Shown here: in pieces, positions 57,701 to 64,000 of the stretch
Numbering within the stretch: the stretch's first letter is position 1
Layout: each line of letters opens with the position of its first letter
Source: the human T2T-CHM13v2.0 reference genome, Homo sapiens
Strand: one strand, 5' to 3'
Assembly: GCF_009914755.1 (NCBI RefSeq)
Contig: NC_060925.1
DNA length: 64,000 nt
Made by a program: the position numbers and the translations under genes
The notes under the pieces: generated by a model
Told to the model about the DNA's origin: nothing
The model's database searches: none
Seen by the model: only the letters and a program-made list of their open reading frames with translations

Positions 57701-59112
57701 ACCTTTAACTATGACAACTCCTTGTGTTGAGGGCAAAGGTAAGTGGGACAGGTTTAGTATAATCAAATCAGGACTTAAGAGTGACTTAGAAAAAGGAAGT
57801 GCCGCTTGCACATTTGCAACAATTTGCCACAGAAATAGTCCTAGAAGATGCCATTCTGCATGTTGAAAGGAGTCCTTCTGGCTAGCTTTCTTTCCTCTTT
57901 TTCCTAGGGGTGGGAAGAGACCTTAGAGGTCGTCCAATTCAATCTCTTTTACTTCAAATGGATTTTCATCCCTGGTAATTGTCTTTGTTCACAGAAATCT
58001 TATCCAAGAAATTTCTGCTGGGATGGTATTATATTTGGCAGGGATGGACAGCATTTGTATTCCACAGCACATCTCTGAAGAGCCTCCTAGGGCTGGAACA
58101 TCCAAGTTCCCAGAAATATCCTCTCTCCTGCAAAAAATTGGGCCTGCACGTCCCCTGCTCCCACCTTGAATCTCAGCCAGGCCGCATTGTGAAGCCATCT
58201 ATTTCATGGCATTTCCAAACATTGGCTACTGCTATTCTCTCTCCTGCGACAGCGGGCATCTTATGTGTCTACTCGCGCTTGCAAATCGCAGGGTGTCTGA
58301 CAGCACGCCTTGCGAGCAGCTGATTGAGGGCCCTCGAGTCATCACATTCCATGAATTCAAGTTAAGGTCCTGCTCAGGCTGCCCCACAGACCAAAGCCCA
58401 ACTTTCAGTGAGTTGGTTCATTCCTTGTGCCTCAGGATCATCAATCATAAAACATTCAGGTCACTGCCCTCAAAGAGCAATCAAGAGGACTTTCAAAAAA
58501 TCACAAATCCACGCAAGCCATTTAACAAGGTTTAGCAGGGACCAGTGTAAAGGATGCTACTTGTTACCAAGACAACTGTGATTCTCCCAAATAGTTTGCA
58601 AAAATCTTCAACAAAATATTCTTTGGGACAAAATGGTTTTTATTTTTCATCTTTCTAGCTAAGACCTCAATTATAATCTTCTTAGCTAGGTCTGAAATAA
58701 TGAGGGTAGAAGTAGGAGTCAAAGGTTAAGGATACTTTTTTAAAAATAACGAGGCTTTCCCTCATCTTTCTCCTTTCTACAGCCCCATCCCAGTAACTCA
58801 CAGAGATCCCTAAATTGTTCCATACAAGCTCATGCACAGTCCCTCATCCCACCCCACAAGTCACTGCCAAGCTGTCTCACCAGTCAATGGGAGGGCTTCA
58901 GCTAAGGCAGGTCCTGCTTGCAAGGCCACAACTTTGCAAGAGGCATACAGACAAGAACCGTGCAGTTCACACAGGAGGCCTATGGGGACAGATGAAAGTA
59001 GACCACGCATGGGCTCAGAAGGCTTGGGCCAGACTCAAATAACAGAGGGTGTGACAAGGTGGAGAAAAGAGGAAAGGGTCAGGGGCAAGAAAACAGGCCA
59101 TTGATTCATTAC

Positions 59113-59138
59113 CTGCGTGGCATCAGTAAGGCCGCCAT
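59113..59138 (-). CDS. RGS8: RGS8 first coding segment of the 180-aa isoform (MAALLMPR + AG)
   Basis: ATG at 59138-59136, AG|gtaatg donor; 26+102+65+167+183 = 543 nt = 180 aa + stop. Confidence 0.95.
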
Positions 59139-59241
59139 ACAGGCATCAGCTTACGGTTAACCCTTGGGCTGGTATGCAGGGACGTCAGGGCAGGAAATAA
59201 GACTGCGGGGCTCAGGAATTTACCCTTGCACGTCCTCTCAC
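59139..59241 (-). other. RGS8: 5'UTR part of the RGS8 MAALL exon
   Basis: Polypyrimidine acceptor ttctttgattttag|G at 59243-59242 gives a 129-nt exon. Confidence 0.7.
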
Positions 59242-61145
59242 CTAAAATCAAAGAATCTGCTGTAAGAGGGGCCACCCTCTCTCATCTGACTGCACTACAT
59301 TTCCTCTCAGACGGGTTTCCGCCAGCGGAACACCTCCCCACACACATCCCCCCAGCCCCACAAATGTCCACTTGTCCTTAGCAGGGGCGACAAACCAAGG
59401 ATGGACAAGAACAAATTGTTGGTGGCTTCATGTTGTTGATTATTGGTTAGGAGTTCCTGATTCCCCAACCACTGGCCATCAAATATAAAGTGGAACGTGT
59501 GCCTCAGGGGAGGCGTGGGCCTAGCAAACCAAAAATTACTGCTCTCTTTCTCTTACTAAAGTGGGGCCCAAGTGACCAGCAAGCGGGATTGGAGGAGGGG
59601 GTCGGCACTTGCTCCAAAATAATCTGATTGGATGCTGCTCTGATTCTCGCCTCCCTCCAAGTGAACCTGTCCCAGGTGGGAGTGCGTGGAGACTCGGGAA
59701 AGTGGGAGTGGGAGGGAGGTTGGAGGAACTCCAAGAGAGGCTTGTCAGGCACCATCACCACACAGGCTTGCTCCTCTGCAGGGATCACAGGTGCAGGCTG
59801 AAGAAACGAATATGCAAGTTACCCTTTCTTGCCCATATGGAGCCTACATGACCTTCCTCAGCCTGGGGCCTGGCCTATTCTTGACGCGAAGCAGGAAGGA
59901 CATGAGTGTGGGAAGACAGGGGTCATTGAGGTTGAAAGCTGATTGACTTACAGTCTTCCTCTCCTGAGGGTCCCATTCTCAGTGCTTCAAACCCTTTGTT
60001 CCCACAGAAGACCTCTGATAGGAAGAAACACGTGAGGAGAGCAGCCTATCCATAAAGGGCTCCCCTGGGGGACTCTGACATCAAACATAGAACCCATTTT
60101 AAAAGGAACCTAATTTAGATAGATAAGACTCCTATGTGAGCTACACCATTTAAATTATTTTTATATTACCGCGACTATTTCACAAGTACTTTTTAAAAAT
60201 AGCTTCTTTAATAATACTATAATTAATAAAATTAAAAGATTGCTTTGTTAAAACTAGAAAAAAAAATTAGTTAGACTGTGTATGAAGGTCCATTGTCACG
60301 GATTGTGTTCCCTGGCTGCAGGGACATTTCCTTAATCTTTCTCCTAACCAGGCTTACACTTGCTTCCTCAGAAGTCATGAAATCAAAGCTTTTGCAGCTG
60401 TGCCGGTCCCTAGAAGTCATGTTTGGGGCACCTAGGCCTCTTGCTGTGGGATATGGCCCCAGGGGAAGGGGAAACTCATGCAGGGACCTTTATTATCCTA
60501 GAGCCAAGTGGAACCAGAGACGACTACCCACCTACATTGCAGGCAAGGTCATTTGGGGCAGGGGATCACCCACCCTTCTGTCCCCGCCTTGTCTCTCTTC
60601 CCATTCCACTGCCAGCCCACACTGGCTTGCCCATGCTGTTCAGTTGCCTGTCTCTCTCCTTCAAATCCAGCGCTGCCCAAATTGCTGCTCAGACCCTCCA
60701 CTACCCATTTGATGCTCTCAACCACAGATGCCAATAAATAAGAATCAGCAGGACACTCTGACCCAGCTGCCTTACCCATCCCAGCACCTCAGGGCTTTTA
60801 TCCCATTTGGCCCTGGACTTCTGAGAGTTAGGAGTTACCCAAAGCCCAGGAAGTTCAAAGATCTGATTGCCCCCACAGTGCATGTGCCCTCATAGGTGGG
60901 CATCAAGTCACAGGTGTGTCTGGGGCAGACAGGATGAGACATAATGGGAAGACAGGATACTCAAAGAAAAAATGAAAGTTAAAAGCAAAGAACAAAGATT
61001 TACAAAGAGGGGGAGAGAAACTAGAGCCTCCGAGGGAAGAAAGCAATCAATATGCATGAAGAGGCAAGTTAATTAAATATGGATAATGCAATCGGTGCAC
61101 ACAGACACCCCGGAGAAGAAAGAGAAAAGCAAAGGCAATACTCAC

Positions 61146-61219
61146 TGTCTTTGGCCAGTCCTCATGGCCTGAGGGTCTTTGCCAACTGGATGGTCAGAGA
61201 GGCTTCGGGTTAAGGTGTT
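61146..61219 (-). CDS. RGS8: RGS8 alternative N-terminal exon (NTLTRSLSDHPVGKDPQAMRTGQRQ); internal ATG 61165-61163 gives a short MRTGQRQ form
   Basis: tttttccccag| acceptor, CA|gtgagt donor, 74 nt, ends in phase 2, in frame with exon 56462. Confidence 0.9.
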
Positions 61220-61399
61220 CTGGGGAAAAAGTAGATCTTTCTTTTAGCAGTCAAATCCTCGGCGAGTGAAGGGCATGTGTGCATGAACACATAGGGGCAC
61301 ACACACACATATACACACACAGGCATGCACAACACACCTCCCACCACTTGAGCCAGGCAGCAAGCGGCCCCACTGAAAGCTCTTCTCTCTGCTTGTCAC

Positions 61400-61900
61400 A
61401 TCCAGTAAATACTGAAGCAGCCTACACCCAGCGGGCGGCGGCTCAGCTCCCGGGCACAGTCTGCACGCCCATCCTCATTGGCAGGATGCAGAAGGTGCCC
61501 CTGAGCTGAGCTCAGCCTCACTAACCTGAAGCTCCTCTGGCTGCAGCTCAGGGAGAAGTCCCCACAGCCCACAGCTGCCTCCCTCTGCACCCAGAGGCTG
61601 TGCGGGGGGCAGCAAAGAATAGGTATTAACTCTTTCCAGTCACCAGTGAGCTAAAAATCAAGTGTCCAGGGGACCCTCTTCTAATGAGCCCCGCTGCTGG
61701 CTGAAGGTTGGCTGCTGCACCGGGAGTGGGGAGCGTAAAGATCTTGCCCCAGACAGCTGCTGACAGCAGGAGCCACTCCAAATCAAATCTCCTAATGAGC
61801 CAGGAGGAGGGGGGCTGTCTTGCTGGGTGTGATGTGATGTGATAAATGCAGAGAGCAAGAAAGCTACAGGGCAGGTCACACATCTAAATTCCACCCCCTT
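61400..61900 (-). promoter_or_regulatory. Probable RGS8 promoter/enhancer region
   Basis: Repeat-free and moderately CpG-rich (gcgggcggcgg at 61431), CAGCTG E-boxes, two CTAATGAGCC motifs, directly upstream of the alternative N-terminal exon. Confidence 0.45.
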
Positions 61901-62307
61901 TCTCTCAATTTCTATTGTGCTGCACTACCAAGCCAAACCACACAGCCCTGAAATTAGCCCTCTCTGCCACATCTCAGCTGTGCCCCTTACTCTACAGAGG
62001 CATTTCTCCCCCAGCTCATCTCCACTCCCACCCTAACCAGTGCCAACCACACCACTCCCCACTTCTTAATGAGAAATTTCCACCTCCTCTGCCTTCCCAA
62101 ACATGCATATTTCCAACTCTGTGCTCCTGCCTCTCACCTGGTTTTTCCTACAGTAGAAACTCACCTCTCTCCCTCATCCATCACCTAGCAACTTCCCCCT
62201 ACTTGCATTTGTTATGGAGTGAGACTTTTCCTTTTGTTCTGCCCGATCTGCACATGATCCCTATTTTTCTGTCTTTTCCATTTCTTTCTTCTTTCAAACC
62301 TCCTTAC

Positions 62308-62313
62308 CCACAT
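62308..62313 (-). CDS. RGS8: RGS8 198-aa isoform start (ATG TGG = MW)
   Basis: ccATGTGG|gtaagg strong donor; 6+74+102+65+167+183 = 597 nt = 198 aa + stop. Confidence 0.75.
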
Positions 62314-62375
62314 GGGTCTTCACACTGCCTGCTTCAGTTCCAGAAGGAGGACTCTCTTCCTGCTTGCCCTAGTGT

Positions 62376-62546
62376 AGTGGTTCTCCAAGCGTGGTCCCTG
62401 AACCAGCAGTGTCAGCATCACCTGAGAAGTATCAGAAATGCAAATGTTCAGGCCCCACCCCTAGACCTACAGAATCAGAAACTCTGGGGACAGTAATCAG
62501 CCTTCCAGGTGACTGTGATGCATGCTAAAGTTTGCAAACCGCTGCC
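62376..62546. mobile_element. MER5A (hAT-Charlie)
   Basis: tagtggttctccaagcgtggtccc…agaaatgcaaatgttcaggccccacccctagacctacagaatcagaaactctggg…ctaaagtttgcaaaccgctg. Confidence 0.85.
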
Positions 62547-63369
62547 CTGGGAGAAAGCTTGTCTTCTCGTTATGCTCTAGGTCCCTAAGGTTGAGTCTAC
62601 ACTCCCACTCAGGAACTAGCTCCAAAGACACATAGCCTTTGCTGCAAACCGTTTCTGAAACCCAGAAGGCAGGAGAAATCTCGACAGAAAGTGATGGCTT
62701 TATAATAATGGAAATGAATTCGATTTTTTAAACCTTTTTAAATGTATAAAGCATTTTCATGTATTGTCACTCAACAATCCTATGCCACAGTCAGAGAGGG
62801 TATTATTATTCCCATGTTACAGATGAAAAAACTGAGGCCAGAAAAGGTGATGTACCTTTATCAAAGCAACCCAACATGCCAGAGGAGGCACAAGGACCAG
62901 AATTTGAGTCTTATGACTCTAACAGCAGAGCTCTTTCTACTATATCATACCAGGACCCAGTCTTTCTGGGCAGATCTATTGGTGCATAACCTGAATTCTC
63001 TCGGTGAAATGATTCTGCCACAACTACTCATTGTCTGTTGATAAGATGAAATAAAAATTCTGATGCTGCCTCCACAGTGACTCATTGTCTCTTTCTGATA
63101 TCGTCCACAGTGCCCCTCTATTAAAGAAAGGGAACTTTGTGTTATAAAATAAGATGCAAAAGAAAAGTTTCTCATTTCTTATTACCCCTTTCTTGAACCC
63201 TGTTGCTAATTGGGGTTTAGAACTTAAGCAGAAAGAGAACCCTTCATTTCTGGACATTTTCTTGGTACACGGCACCATAAGAAACTTGTACACAGATAAA
63301 CTGGTGAATAAAAGCCCATTGATAAGCACTCCCCTAATTCAAGATATGTTTATAGAATAAGGTGAATCC

Positions 63370-63590
63370 ACATAGCTAATGTTTAATGAGCAGTTAGTAT
63401 GTGCCAGACACTATGCCAAACATCGTATTTGAGTTATCTATTTAATTTTCAGAACAAATTTACAAAGCCAACACCTTTATCATCTCCCTTTTACAGATGG
63501 AGAAACAGAGACGCGTCATTTAAAAGTGGCAGAGCTGGTATCTAGCACCAAACCTGATGCTTCCAGCCTCTGCTCTACTCCTTGCTTTAA
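63370..63590 (-). mobile_element. MIR (one example of many MIR fragments in the window)
   Basis: tttaatgagcagttagtatgtgccagacac…ttttacagatggagaaacagag. Similar MIR cores occur near 700, 1850, 6220, 11400, 26290, 28840, 37210, 47170, 49730 and 62820. Confidence 0.7.
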
Positions 63591-64000
63591 CACAAAGGTA
63601 GTGCCATCATAGGACACTTTCTACCAGCACTAAAACAGCGGAACAAAGGCCTCCTCCAAATCTCACGCTGCCCCGGCCAGTGTCCACGGGGTAAAGGCCC
63701 CAAGGAAAGAGAGCAGGGCTGCAAATGGGCCTGAGTCGCAAGTGGAAGCTAATCAATATTAACCAGGCATCAGAATCTTCAATTAGCCTTTGGGAAAATA
63801 ATATAGTCACAAGAAGTCAATAAGTCCAATGTTTAAAAAGAGCTATAGTAAACAAGAAAAATGTAAAAGAAAGAACAGGAATATAAAGAGCAGAGGGACA
63901 AAAGTGTGTGGACATGAATAACACAAGGAAACGGAACATTAAAACTAGTCCAAGCTTTTTTTTTCTAATCAAAACACTCTTAAATGCCAAAAAGTAATCA

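Noticed and set aside
61915-62496. 193-aa plus-strand ORF
   Set aside because: Non-ATG start, C/T-rich low-complexity composition (Pro/Ser/Leu/His), runs into MER5A.

Overview
Human (primate) genomic DNA, rich in Alu, MIR, L1, L2, LTR and DNA-transposon fossils. By gene content it is chr1q25.3. The main gene is RGS8 (regulator of G-protein signalling 8) on the minus strand. Its whole coding region can be rebuilt from GT-AG exons. Shared exons are 56361-56462, 55458-55522, 37640-37806 and 36238-36420. Alternative N-termini come from exon 59113-59241 (MAALLMPR, 180 aa) or from 62308-62313 plus 61146-61219 (MW-NTLT...MRTGQRQ, 198 aa; about 178 aa from the internal Met). The 3'UTR probably runs about 4.9 kb to an AATAAA at 31332-31337. 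A CpG island at about 4.3-5.0 kb with a plus-strand AATAAA at 6104 probably marks a short lncRNA (recalled as LINC01686, not verifiable here). Most other ORFs in the track are repeat-derived or chance. I see no unambiguous new multi-gene system. The most unusual structures are: (1) a HERV-E LTR2B flanked by an ungapped 604-bp direct duplication of host DNA, with a polypurine-tract-like stub, which looks like a fossil one-ended retroviral integration; (2) an RGS8 cassette exon whose first bases (G-TGA) would turn the alternative N-terminus into a uORF; (3) a pair of canonical-looking minus-strand exons downstream of RGS8 that splice in frame into a 95-aa ORF.
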